A stretch of DNA of 63,896 nucleotides, the filler included, from Lenisia limosa (Eukaryota > Protista > Breviatea): the NCBI GenBank assembly GCA_001655205.1. It is 10 parts of 10 records of this genome, joined end to end, with 100 filler letters (N's around TTAATTAATTAA, not from the genome) between each part and the next. Parts side by side here need not be neighbours in the genome. Positions count along the whole stretch, not along the records: positions 26,467 to 28,140 come from LPNZ01005831.1; positions 28,241 to 54,309 come from LPNZ01008640.1; 8 more parts are not named here. One strand, 5' to 3'. Under the pieces are notes generated by a model. It did no database searches. It was not told where the DNA came from and saw only the letters and a program-made list of their open reading frames with translations. The translations under genes were made by a program, and so were the position numbers. Positions 26,467 to 39,700 of the stretch are shown piece after piece. Numbering within the stretch: position 1 is the first letter of the stretch; every line of letters begins with the position of its first letter.

Positions 26467-28063
26467 CATCGGCCACCCAGCCATGGCCTTGGCGTTGAGG
26501 AGCCTGGGGGGTTAAAGGGAGAGGGAAGACTGATTATAATTATTATTTTATATGATTTAGCTTTATAAAATAAAAATAAAAAGGAGGGGGGTTAGAGGGA
26601 GAATGGAGGAAGATTACTAGGTTAGTTAACTCGGATTTTGTCAAGAACGTGTGAGAGAAGTGGAGAAGGGGGGTGGGGTCTGGAAACAAAATCAAACAAA
26701 CAAAAAAAAAATCCTGGGAGTGCAAGTGCAATACAAAGGAAGAGTTAAGCAGACCCCTCCCATTTCAAAATGTCAGCTTGGGCTTCCCCTGCGGTTCAAA
26801 AAGACCGGTAAAATATTGATACTTATAAAGAATGTATTGAGAAATTGTCTTTTTTAGGACCGTGGGGAAGTGTAACAGCCCAACAAACCGAGGGAGAAGT
26901 AGGCGATGGGAGGCCAGTTCAAGCCATGAGAAAGCGAAACCAGGGCAGCGAGTGGGGTTGAACTGGGACGTGTGAATATGGATACTATATTTTTTTTTAA
27001 AAAAAAGAAGCCCAAAAAGAAGAGAGAAGAAAGAAGAGAGTATGCCCCCCCCCCCCAACCTGNNNNNNNNNNNNNNNNNNNNNNNNNNNNNNNNNNNNNN
27101 NNNNNNNNNNNNNNNNNNNNNNNNNNNNNNNNNNNNNNNNNNNNNNNNNNNNNNNNNNNNNNNNNNNNNNNNNNNNNNNNNNNNNNNNNNNNNNNNNNNN
27201 NNNNNNNNNNNNNNNNNNNNNNNNNNNNNNNNNNNNNNNNNNNNNNNNNNNNNNNNNNNNNNNNNNNNNNNNNNNNNNNNNNNNNNNNNNNNNNNNNNNN
27301 NNNNNNNNNNNNNNNNNNNNNNNNNNNNNNNNNNNNNNNNNNNNNNNNNNNNNACACTTTCACAATTTGCAATGAAAACAACAGGAAATCACCTCCAAAA
27401 TTCACCATTAAATAACAACAGGAAAACGAACCGCTCACTTCGTGAACTTAGCAAGGAACACAGTAGCCATGATATTCAGGAACCTCGTGATAATCAGGCT
27501 GTCACTGGTTGCCGCTCCTTCAACACCAACATCTGGAGTAGTCAGATTGGGGGGGGGGGGGGNNNNNNNNNNNNNNNNNNNNNNNNNNNNNNNNNNNNNN
27601 NNNNNNNNNNNNNNNNNNNNNNNNNNNNNNNNNNNNNNNNNNNNNNNNNNNNNNNNNNNNNNNNNNNNNNNNNNNNNNNNNNNNNNNNNNNNNNNNNNNN
27701 NNNNNNNNNNNNNNNNNNNNNNNNAAAGATAGCAATAATAAGAATAATAATCATAATAATAATAATAATAACAGTACCACCGCCCCTACTAGCTAGAAGG
27801 GCTACTAGTCTGATGAGGGCGTCAATGATGCGGAAATCTGACTCTTCTGTGAAAGTCAGTTTTTGAACCTCTCTCTTTCAAACATAACTCAAAAAGTCCA
27901 ACCCCCCACTCAATGACAAAAGTATACTTTTAAAAAAAGTCTCTCCTCAACAAATCTCTCAAATAATGTAAAACAGTCTCCTTTCTCAACAAAAAAACAA
28001 TAACACCATTTACCGCTCTCGTCTGAGGGTTTGGCTTGGGAAATCGCGTATTCTATGGCTGAT
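26467..28063 (-). CDS. CNOT1: CCR4-NOT scaffold subunit NOT1, C-terminal domain fragment
   Basis: Exons FRIIDALIRLVALL, IITRFLNIMATVFL, FNPTRCPGFAFSWLELASHRLLLPRFV and LLNAKAMAGWPM parallel NOT1 'LDAFVRLIALL ... RPTKAPGFVYAWLELISHR ... QKGWPM'. Linkers bound it on both sides. Confidence 0.85.
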
Positions 28064-28240
28064 CTAAGGGGGGTTAGAACATGGTTACGTTGTTGTTTTT
28101 TTGTCATCTCTGTCAAGAATATGATAAAAATGATACAAATNNNNNNNNNNNNNNNNNNNNNNNNNNNNNNNNNNNNNNNNNNNNTTAATTAATTAANNNN
28201 NNNNNNNNNNNNNNNNNNNNNNNNNNNNNNNNNNNNNNNN

Positions 28241-31200
28241 CTCTTATGTATCCAGAGCAGGTGACCAGCTAATTAATTTACGTTTCAGACATTCAGTTCC
28301 TGATTGACCTCCACTACCCCTGCAAGTTCACCAACTGGGTTTTTATCCATGAGGTAAGATCCAAAATTTTCAATACTTCTATTGGTAATCAACCACTCTT
28401 TTAGAGCCTTGTAGAAGATGCTCACTTCTAGAAATGTTATCATATACTATAGTATATCATATGTATAATCCAAGAGAATGAAGTAAATTATGTCAAACAA
28501 AAACAATTATTTTTTCTCTTGTAGATGATGGGGACATTATCGAACGCAGCCGCTTTGTATGCCCGTTTCCTCAATGAAGGTTTGCTACAATGTCGCCTCA
28601 TCAAATCCGAATGCTTCACCTGACTTTTATGCCAAACGGAGAATAATCATTAACGCATAATATGATAAAAAGCTTGTGATATCTAAAATTGGGAGATTAT
28701 CATGATTGATTTATCGAATAATCTTACTCCTTTACTCACCCATCATTCTCCAATCGGAATGAGTTCTGACGGTGATAGACATTGCAATGGCGCGAAGTGA
28801 GCAGGTTGTCTTAGAAGCTGATCAGATCACTTCCGATATATCCGCCTCCATGCACAACGAAGCCACTCACAGCTTCACCGTTTTGAGTACTTCGCTTTCT
28901 TCAAGGCTACAGGTTTGAGTCGCGGTCTGGTCATTTATTTGGATATTAACACACTATTTGTTCTCTGCTGACGATATAGGGATCTGGCATTCAAGGCACT
29001 TTAGTTTCGCACTTGGCACCATTTGCTTTGGTATGATGACCCCCCCCCCCCTGTCTGGGNNNNNNNNNNNNNNNNNNNNNNNNNNNNNNNNNNNNNNNNN
29101 NNNNNNNAAACCCTGCTTTAAACAAGTATTATCCCTTGTTTCCATATTATGGGGTATTACTTACTCTCAGGTGAAACCTGCAAGTGAGCTTCAAACCGAA
29201 ATCCAAGAAGGAGAGGTGACCCCAATGACAAAAGTGGGGTGCAATTCAATTCTTATCATTTTGCTGTATCTTATTAGTCGAATATAGCCGTTGCTAACCA
29301 TGCAGATTTCAGTCCTTCTCAATAACGCAGCCATCTTCAGAGCTCAGCTCAATGCCTTGGTAAGGCCTGCTATCTACACTATTTAACACAGTGATGGTAA
29401 AAAGACAGTAACGGATTATGTACAATCGTCATTGTGTGGCAATATTGTCGAGTTTGACGATTGGCAAAATCCACGTAATTCCCTAGGCTGAAGCCTTGGA
29501 AAATGAGCTTTTGGATCAGTTAGACCGAAAAGTGCAATGTCAGCCCCAGTCCCCGCTGCATTCCAACATTATGGACCTTGTCGCGGATGGAGTGGGGGTA
29601 ACACAGGATCTTCATGAGCCAAGAAACACATCAGCTGTACCATTTATATTAGTATAATAAGGACGTTTTTCATAATTCTTGGAAACCGTTTTGACCCAAA
29701 CACAGCCAAGTGACGCGTTGGACGTCATTGAAAACACCGATCTTTCACACGAGCTCCGGCCTGGCCTTTCCGATCTGAGAGAAACCCTGGTTTGTGCCAC
29801 TCTGTGTTTGTAACTTTTTATCATTATTTTGAATTTCTTTCCGATGTTCCCTTCCTTGTTTCTTTCATTGTTTCTTTCTCAGAGTTAGCGAGTGTTTTTA
29901 ACAGTCGCATTTCCACAACACAAAAGATGGTGCCACTTGTGGTTGAGCCTGGGGGAGGGGGGGGACTGGTTGACTACACAAAAGAACATCCACTGAAAAC
30001 GACAAAAACAGGAGGACTTCGTGAACTTGATTCACAGTATAACCTGACAGAGTGAGGTTAAAGCAGGGTGCCAACCCAGAAACTGGCTTGGATATAGCCA
30101 AAACCGAGAGTAACCTGCGTGATTATTAGATTTGCTAATATCGAGGAAAACCTAAAAGAGGCCCTTCCCGCTTTAAACTTTTGTGTATTAATAGTATCAA
30201 CATGATTAGGACAGAGAGCGGATATCTTATTGGCAGTAAATAAGCAGGGGGAAAAGGAGGTATTATCATTCAAAAACAATTATCCGAAGATCTTCAACCA
30301 CAACAGATTACCCTGTTGAATGCTGAAAACACTTACTATCTCAAACCGACTTTGTTGTGTTCTTCTGTGAATCTGAACCCTCCCCCCCTGCTAACTGACA
30401 TATTAGGAAATCGGAGTGTCGATGGTGATGGAGAAGTTTGAGCCGTACTTCCGAGTTGGTGAGTGGGTGAGAGTTTTCACTGATATGATATGTGGTTTTG
30501 GCTTTGTTTCGTTCTTTAATCCCGTATTTTTTTTGTTTTTTGTTTTTTTGATGCAAAGTGCGAATCCCATTTCTTTTTCTCAATCGTATCTCAGTAACAT
30601 GTTTAGCATTTCAAGGATTTACCACGCCTCTGTTCTGCCAATACCTGCACAAAAGAGGCGACTACATGGGCGAGGTTTGGTCTTGAATTATATTATTCAC
30701 CTCGTAGTCACCCATTATCAGAATTCTGAAGGAATAATCCATGAAAGCGGTCTGACCCCCCAGATGATGCCGCGTGCAGTGAAACCATCGGCCCAGCTTT
30801 TGGAGTCGCATCTGTGCGAACTCCTGCGATGTCTCGACACGTCACTTGCCGAAATGGTTCGCATTGCTCTGGCTGTGCGATCCAAGTGGAAATGTATCTA
30901 ACATAATAACACTATAATCCTCAAACAACGCAATAGTGGCAGCAGTCTGACCCCTCAGTCGCGAGTGATGTATTTCGATGACGTACTTGAGAGAGTATTG
31001 CGCCAATTGCTGACCATGGCTGTCGACAGTGCGGCGGCGGTGACTGCAGGTCTCAGACCACTCGAAGTCTGTGGACTGTTTATTGTGCTTGTATTATCGT
31101 TCTTCCTCTTTGCAATCACATAGTTCAGCCTCCAAAACCGTTGGACAGGCGACAGGTAACCGCAATCGAAATGGCCGTCAACGCCATCACTGAACTGCTC

Positions 31201-33057
31201 GGTGCCAAGGGTGCAGGTATGGGGTAACTGTATTATTTGAAGTATCTTCGATTGGGAAGAGCGAAAAAGAAATGTATTTAATTAATCTTGTGTTTAATCT
31301 AGTTAGTCTTTCTACCTTTGTAATTCGCTTTTGTAGTTCTATAGTATTACCTTTAGTCGTTATTTTTTTTGTTGTACTTGAATTACCCTGGCTGGAGTAA
31401 TGGGATGCGGTGCTTCGGAAGCGACTGGCCTGGGCTTTGTTTTTTTATTGTCAATCCTCCTCTGTTTCGCTAGATTTTTGTTTTTTTGGGGGGAGGGGTT
31501 TCATAATTATCTCCATTTTTATTTCGCAGGCCTGACATCAGCCTACATTCGGCGGACGCGTGAGCCGTATTCATGCTTCATGGACACATATAAGAACCTG
31601 GTTGGTGGGAATGAGTCTATGTTGTCATGGGCATCTGTTACAAAAATCACTATCATATATATACATTTATTTCTATATTTTAAATGATGACGGTTTAGGT
31701 TGTGTACCCAATGGAGCGACTTATTTTGGGCAAATCGGTGGTGAAGCCGCCAACTACTTCCGTTTCGTGCAAGGACCTCAGAGTAGCCTATGAGATGGGT
31801 ATGTGCAGGGATTGTACAATTATCAAAAGTGCCACACTTACACTCAAGGACCATACGACGGCACGTCGATTTCGGATATCCAAATCTCCGCTGAGCTGAC
31901 TTCTCAGGAGTATGGGGACTGATTTCTATTAAGTACATTCCACTTCAGACATGCGCCTATGATGTCGCTGTCTGCGTTGATTGGTTTAGATCACAATCTT
32001 CTCTGGATAACAGCATCCCTCCGCCTTCAATGCGCAAGCTCAGATTACTAAAGGTTGGTTGAAGTTATTGACGTTCTTATCATGTAGCCGGATTGGATCC
32101 TATCTTTGGTGATGCTTTCGGGAAAGAAGAAGGACCGAAAGTAGGAAATGAGAATTCTTATTGCTTTGGTCGGTGTTTTCTGACCTTTAGGTGGGCGCAC
32201 GCGTGTGCCAAAGAATGCCACGAAGACTGACCCTATTTATTTGTACTGTTATTTATTTGTTTTCTCCTAATATTCTCTATTTAGTATTATGGTTCCGAAG
32301 AGGTTTGGGCTGGAATGAAGCTAAATATCTCTATTTCTGAATAACCCTTACAGCCGCGTATCCTCAAAAGATGTAAACATGAATAAGAAATTCGAACTAA
32401 ATGGAAACAAAACAAAAAAACCTCAAAGAAAAAAACAGAAACATCATGACTGACGAGGGCTTTTGGGCTGCTGTGTTAGATGGTGTGTTGACACTCCAAA
32501 GAAGACTCCCCTCCCCCACAAGGAACTTCCCTCCCCTCCCCTCTCCTACTGGGCTGTTTTTTGGTTGTTCTAAACCCTCGTGTGTTGTCAGCCAACAGTT
32601 GATTTTGGGTATTTTTTTGTTTCATAAATTGTCCAATTTCACTCCCTCCTCTCCCACATCAGAAGGCCAGTGTCGCCAAGTCTCGGTTGCCACGTCATCG
32701 TGGGGATTGTGCGAGGCTGGCGTTGGTCGGTACGGCTGCACTATTTCCTTCCTCCTGCGGCGGGGGGGGGGGGGNNNNNNNNNNNNNNNNNNNNNNNNNN
32801 NNNNNNNNNNNNNNNNNNNNNNNNNNNNNNNNNNNNNNNNNNNNNNNNNNNNNNTGGCTTGCAACCCACGAGGGTCAAAAACCTCCTCCCACCTTCTGAA
32901 TTGATTGGAGTATCCCCCCCCTCGCGGTGTCACTATTCCCTCCGATGATGAGGGCTGAAACATCAGCAAGTTATGGGAAGCCCAAGTAATGTTGTCTTCA
33001 AAACGCGGAGATTGAAGAAGTTGAAATAAATGATGAAAAGGGCAATAATGAATAGCT
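28241..33057 (+). CDS. MUN / Munc13-homology (MHD2) domain protein, 5'-truncated
   Basis: More than 20 short exons. LLESHLCELLRCLDTSLAEMVRIALA|SRVMYFDDVLERVLRQLLTMAVDS...AIEMAVNAITELLGAKGA|GLTSAYIRRTREPY resembles MHD2 'LDSNL..F.K....VLKRVLKELW ... LDTIKQYFHAGG.GL'. The 3' end is tentative. Confidence 0.6.
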
Positions 33058-33189
33058 CACCGCGCTGATCTCGGAGAGAGTGTCGTAAGACGAAGCCTTT
33101 TTTATTCGAACCTGGGGGAGTTCCAAGGACAAGGCGTCTTGGTAGCCTATTACGTCAACTAAACTCTAATGCTTTGAGTATATAATACT

Positions 33190-36100
33190 AGTATATAATA
33201 TGATATGTAAAGATTGTGTATAGACATTCCCAACTTTTAGCTTTGGCCTTGGGTAAGACATTCTTTGGCATTTCCTCTATCCTGCCATCGTGTTTAGTGG
33301 ACCATCCTGAAGGATTTCGATGCAACGTGTACTCCCTTTCATTGCTGTCGCTTTCCGATTCTACAATGGAAAGTAAGTTATTGATCATTTCAAAACGCAT
33401 ACAATAAAACGATCCCCCCCCCCCACCCAGCGACGGCCGACGTCCCTGTCTCNNNNNNNNNNNNNNNNNNNNNNNNNNNNNNNNNNNNNNNNNNNNNNNN
33501 NNNNNNNNGCTTCCAGTTCGCCAAACTCGCCTACAAACGGAGTCGGGAAGTCGGAAGCGGGTGCCGGGGGCGGAGCATTGCCTCTGCGCCGCCGTGATAG
33601 CTCCTGTCCACTCATCTTCGAGAAATCGTAGCTAATCGGGTGACCTCGTAAGTATGCAAGATATCAAAGATTGAGTAAAAGTTTATCATTAACAAAAAAA
33701 GGTAACGAATTGCGAATAAGTAGCACCCAGATATTTTCCAACTAACTCCGAAATTGCGATTCCCATTTAGCCTACCCAGATTCGTTATTCCGCCTTCCAG
33801 CGTTGCCGAGGCTTTTGGACTTGCCGGTGTGATTGGACCATTGCGGTCGACTGTTCGCTGCGTTACCGTTTCTGAACCGGTAATCAATCAATGCACAGAA
33901 AGTTGTTCCGAGCCACACCCACATATCACCACTGAGCGTGTTACGTCTGCGCATACGTGCAGAGCTTGCTGATGACGCAACCGAAACACTGCGTTCTGGG
34001 GAATCGACTTCGGGTGATTTCCTGAAACGAATCAGCAATGTCCCTTTGGCCTCCAAAAGGTCCAAGGAACTCGCATGATGATAGAAGGGGTCTGTCTATA
34101 CAAGGAACTCACATGATGATAGAAGGGGTAGATACCGTTTTTGTGGGTCTTCGATGTGTGGCAAGAGCTCTGATGGATCTGAATGATTATGCCATCTGCG
34201 AGGCCCAAATAATCCGAAACACCGCCATGCGTACCTAGGTGTCTTCGAATATGAGATCGCTAGAGGTGGGACCGGAATCGTTCGTGGCTCTATGGAAGCT
34301 ATTTCCGAGAAAATACCTGATTGAAAAAAGTGAGTATCGAAAGAAGACAAATCCGCTTGGACTCACGAAGAGCGAAATACTATGTGTGTATACTTTTAAA
34401 AAAACAGGAACACACCTTGAGGGGCAGAAAGTTTTTGGTTTACTGGGGACTTCAGTATTGAGCTCTATACTCAAGTCAATGGGAATAAACTAATAAAAGC
34501 GCTGTACAGAAGAGTACCTTGAGAGTATCCTCGGATCTCTTGGTCTGGATATAGGAGCTGGAGTGCGTTCTCCGATGACGTGTTGGCCGATTTCTTGGAA
34601 CCGGTGACTTGCTCAGTGTCGGTTCCGGAACCGTGTTGTGCGTGGGTGAAAAAGGGGGCTTTGTTGACCTAGTATGTGACAATTTGTCCTTCGAAAAGAC
34701 TGGGAGAATTAAAGCCTCATGCCACCTTGGGGAGGACGTGGGGTAATAGACAGTTGGTGACGTGGGGGACTTGGGAGACTAAAGAGGTCAAAATAAAAAC
34801 AACTAGGTCCCATTCGGAACAATAACAAAGGCAGGCAACAAGCAAACCAATAACAAAGGCAGGTGACAAGCAAACCAATAACAAAGGCAGGCAACAAGCA
34901 AACCAATAACAAAGGCAGGGAGACACGCGCCGAATTGGGTACTCCCGCACTAAGGGTGCTTGAGTTTGATGTGAAGGACTTTGCGCCTTGAAGAACACGA
35001 GGGTTGATGTGCTCTTTTGATCTGAAGCCCGTAAGTGGTTAAACCGTCTGGTGCATTTCATCATCAATTTCCCATATTTCACACGTTAAGAGTTCTAGGC
35101 ACGGGTCCAGCGGAACGAGGGAAGACGCAGCGTTACTTCTTAACCCGGGGTATCGCGAATACTCGTCGTCAGAGTCGCTGTCAATGGGGATGCTTGAGGC
35201 AAGTTCGGTGAGCTCCAGCCTGAGGGTGAGTTGTGAAGGGTACCAATAAATGATGAGGAGGTTGTTTGTGATGCTAACCAAGATTTTGACGGAACAATTA
35301 CTCCTGGAGTGTCTGAAAACTAAAGAATAAGGTTCAACATTGTGAGACTTTGAATTTCAAACTGACTACGAGACTAGCACTTACTTACCCAATACCCAGC
35401 TCACAAAATCTGCTGTTGAAAGCTGTCTCGCTATAATGGTGAAATAGAGCGCAATTGCAATTAAAGCGATGAATGAATTGAATTGCTGCCAGAAGTCACC
35501 CTATTACATTGTGCAGGAGAATTGTTTGGTGATGAGAAAGGAGATGGAGAGTCAAGCACAAGCCCAAAACTACATCGTAAGTAGACCTGAAATAATATTC
35601 TATGGTACAACGTGGAAAGTGAAACTGGTTATGTTCAGATAATCGTGCACGATTATTGCAACGAGAAGACAACCTAATACTCATATTCCAATAATTAATA
35701 AATTGCCTGTGACCATCTACTCCTACTGCCCACTTTGGAAACTCGGAGATCTGTCCAGAGCCAATTTCAACTGTTTCCCAGTTTCCTAAAACAATTAACC
35801 AAGCCTGTCGCCACGTCATTGGCCAATTGCTTGTATTCTCAAATACGAAGCAGAAGAAGCCCCACCCAATACGAGGGAGAAAAGGTATCTCAATACTGTT
35901 CTTTGTATCGAGATCTTGCCTCAAACCTGAGAGACAGAGGTCGGAGTCACCCCCTGTGGCTTTCGAACTGAACTCAATAAGAAATGTCTACCCCAGGAAT
36001 GAGATAATTCCGTCTTATTTGGTGGAGCTGAACCCCTAGACAGGGAACTAATTTACAATGGCCAAATCGCAGAAAACAGTATAGAAAATTTGAGAATAAC

Positions 36101-36600
36101 AACACGGCAATTTTCCTTAACTAATATACCACATGATATGCGGTGTGACATTTTAGGATTTGAGCAAAAGAAGGAGAGATTGTGAGAATGTCAGTTTTTT
36201 TAAAGTAGAACAATCGGTTCCGGGTGAAAGAAGACTTTAGAAAGTAACAGTTGCTGCATCAATGTCTCAGCAAAAAATCGAAGAAAAAGACTGATAGATA
36301 GGGGGATCATCGAAGATAAAGACTGATAGATAGGCGGATATACCACCCATTTCAACATAACATAATCATTCGCACACCTTGGGCTGTCTGAAATTCTGAC
36401 CAGTGATTGGGCCGTAGGAAGACCCGAAGCCGCTTAAGATGTGCCTCGTAGCCAGATCGTCAGCAACAATGTTTGAATGCGGGCCTAATTCGACGGTGGT
36501 GAAGATTTATCTCAGTTTACCTCCTATATCGAACACAACATTATTTAATAATAATAATAAGATCACAAATGTCGGGAGCGGTGGCCGCGGGGACAAANNN
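33190..36600 (-). CDS. Multi-exon gene, unidentified, with Ser/Arg/Pro-rich regions
   Basis: Open exons such as FLRFFAETLMQQLLLSKVFFHPEPIVL, ELTELASSIPIDSDSDDEYSRYPG, DLLEAKGTLLIRFRKSPEVDSPERS and SGQELSRRRRGNAPPPAPASDFPTPF. No family assigned; ends approximate. Confidence 0.45.
34822..34922. repeat. 28-bp tandem repeat x~3.5 (intronic)
   Basis: Unit aataacaaaggcaggcaacaagcaaacc. Confidence 0.9.
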
Positions 36601-36773
36601 NNNNNNNNNNNNNNNNNNNNNNNNNNNNNNNNNNNNNNNNNNNNNNNNNNNNNNNNNNNNNNNNNNNNNNNNNNNNNNNNNNNNNNNNNNNNNNNNNNNN
36701 NTGTGCAATTGTGCAATTTATATATTATTTTTTTGTGTTGCATTGTGATATATTGTTCATATTGATTTGAATC

Positions 36774-39700
36774 ATGAAAGTGCTTCTATTTGCCTTTTTG
36801 GCACTTTTAGGTGTTGCTTTCGCTCAAGAACGTAGGTATCCGGTAAAAAGTAACAGTTTGACCACTTCAGTTGATGGAGTTGTTCTCCCAACAAGGAAGG
36901 TTAACCGTAAGCCAGACTTTATCCAGTCTTTATTGTAATTTAGCTGTCCCTGAGGGCACTGTGATGCCGAAGCATGAGCGTGAGTATTTCGATAGACTTC
37001 CACCCAAAGTTAGCCGTGGCTACTCAACCTCTATCTCTGATAACACTAATTCCTGGCAATATATCTGTAATATGTCGTTGAATTGGGAATAAAGCGTGGA
37101 GAAGTGAAATTCGGCCACCTGACAAAAGTGTTCTGAGTGTTTTCTGAGCTATGGCCGATCTTGAATCTTTGCAATAATTTTGAAGCCATGTTGTGTTTTT
37201 TTGGTTTGAATTAACCGATTTACTGCCATGAAATGAGCAAAGGTTCTCAGCAATAATTAGCCCGGGGTTGCTCCTCTGCTTGTTATTAAACCGCCAGCTC
37301 TTCACATTAACCGGCAGGATATTGAGACCGATGAGAGATGCGGAATGGGCAAGGAAGAGCAGATGAGTTCCCACAGAAGAAGAAGTGGGAGGCAGTCAAG
37401 ATCATTTGGCTTCTCCTCACTGTACTGAATAACTGGTTCAGATGTTGACACTGTGACCTCGCGCGACCCCTACCTTCAAGAAGTGGTATGCTCTTTACTT
37501 CATCTAATAAGACACTTGGACGTTATCTCGGAAGAGTGATTCTGACCCCCCCCCCTCAGATCCCAGCCTGTGGAGAGGATGTCTGTGATGTCCCCGAGCT
37601 TATTGAAGGCTACGTTACGTACATGGATGCTGGCAAAATGTCTCCTCCCACTCTTGGTATTCGGTGCTGGAATGATAAACTAATCTTTAACTTGGATGAT
37701 GTTTACCATTCTAGCGGTCAACGTGATTCAAGTACAGAACACTGGCGGACAGAAGATGCCTACTGACACTCAGACTTCCCAGCAGCTCACTGTTGTATGT
37801 GGCNNNNNNNNNNNNNNNNNNNNNNNNNNNNNNNNNNNNNNNNNNNNNNNNNNNNNNNNNNNNNNNNNNNNNNNNNNNNNNNNNNNNNNNNNNNNNNNNN
37901 NNNNNNNNNNNNNNNNNNNNNNNNNCAAGACCATCGTTTCTGACGGTTGGTTATTTTGGGGCACTCCGCTTATTTGTCAAGGATTTATGGCAGATAGAAA
38001 TTTGCTCTTCTGACTTCCCTAGATTTTTACGCTCTTACTGTAGTCCCCTTCTGCGACCGCCCGTATGTGAAAGATGTTTAATATCTTTGTGCTTCTTTTT
38101 GTGGAATGCGACGAATAAAATTTGTCTCACAAACATGGAAATAATAGTTTAGTGGAGACGGCCAGTGTGACGACTCATGTGACTACCTCACTACCGGTTT
38201 GTGGACTTGCCTCTTCTTTATTGTCCTTGTTTATTCCCGCAATTACTGCTGTTCACGTGCTCGTCTTCCTATGCGCCGTATGTATCCACTCCCGTCTCAC
38301 ACTTCAGGATTCGATGGAGGCGATTGCACTGAGTATGCCAAATCTGCTTTTTGAGATATTGTGCATGCTCCCTAGTATAAAAGTAATCAAATCATGGTTT
38401 CATTTGGGTAAAACCCAAACTGCTCAACCTAGTGTGTTCTTTTGTGTTCTTTTGTGTTTGTGCTTGTAGTGTGATCCAGGACAATAGGATCGAAAAAATT
38501 GCCAGTGGAGTGGTTTGTTCTGTTGGCCTCACAACCTCAGTTCCAAGAGCGTCTGGGAGAGCCATTGTGTCTACGGCAGTGGTCGTCCCCATACCACCCT
38601 TTCTGGTGGGCGCTACACTAATTTTGCTCCGATGCCGGGGAGGGGCTCTTGATCTCATATTGTAGCTTGCAACTCTGGACAGTGCAGCAACAACGGATGG
38701 ACCTGTGCTCCGGCCTGCACCAGCGGCATGACCAGCAACGGCGTGTGTGACGAGGCTTGCAACATCAAGGAGCACAAGTGGGTCATGGGGCGCAGGTCTT
38801 AAAGTTCACAAGTTGTTATTATTTTTTGTGTCATCATCCCTAATGTATGGCGTTATCCCTTGTGACTTTGCAGCTACGATGGTGGAGAGTGCTGCCTCAA
38901 GTCCGGCAACGCCCTCAAATACCCCGGAAAATGCAGAGACCCTTCATCAAGCAACCGTCTCGCTGGTCTGCCACTTATCTTCCCTTGTATATGATATGAT
39001 ATATTATGCTATAGTACTACACGTCTTTTTCCACGTTTAAATACCACAACTGGTTCTGAACAGGCTTTTGAAAAATGCTGATTGACCTTACAGGATGGAT
39101 GAATGCCCCTACTTTCAAGCTCAACGTCCAAAACGTTCTCAAAAACAACAACGAACTTGATGACGGCCTTTATGCCTACGTCAAACAAGTGGGCTGTTAT
39201 GTCTTTCCTCTTCAATGAACAAGCCTGACCCCCCCAGTTCGACAGCAAGGACCTTCTCCTCGGCTATGCCACTTTCCCCTGGTCCAATGACCTTCTTGGC
39301 GGTGTCTTCATGGGTGCTCATGTCAGAGGGACACAAATCAAAGAAGGCTTTGGCCAACTTCCTTTAGTCGTTTCCACATGCCCTTTACCTTCGACTCATC
39401 TTCCAGGCCTGGGGTGTTGTCGGCTCCTTTACTGGGGTCACTGCTGCTCATGAGGTGGGGGGCTTCATTAAACTATCGATATTTTGCTGGTCTTTTTTGA
39501 ACCGAAGTGAAGCTCTACCTGCCATCATCATTCATTACCGCCTGCCATCATCCTCTGGTTATCATTGCCCTGTTTTGACCGAGCAGATTGGCCATTGCTT
39601 TGGCCTCTACCACGTTTTCCACGGACAAAGCGAGAGTGTGTCGGGGTTCAGATTGTTTCCTTCAAAGCTTCAATGCAACGGGCCTAAAGACAGCGTTATT

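Noticed and set aside
28250-28420. Minus-strand WIKTQLVNLQG as more CNOT1
   Set aside because: Plus-strand splice signals give DIQFLIDLHYPCKFTNWVFIHE in the MUN gene, and a linker separates this from the CNOT1 piece.
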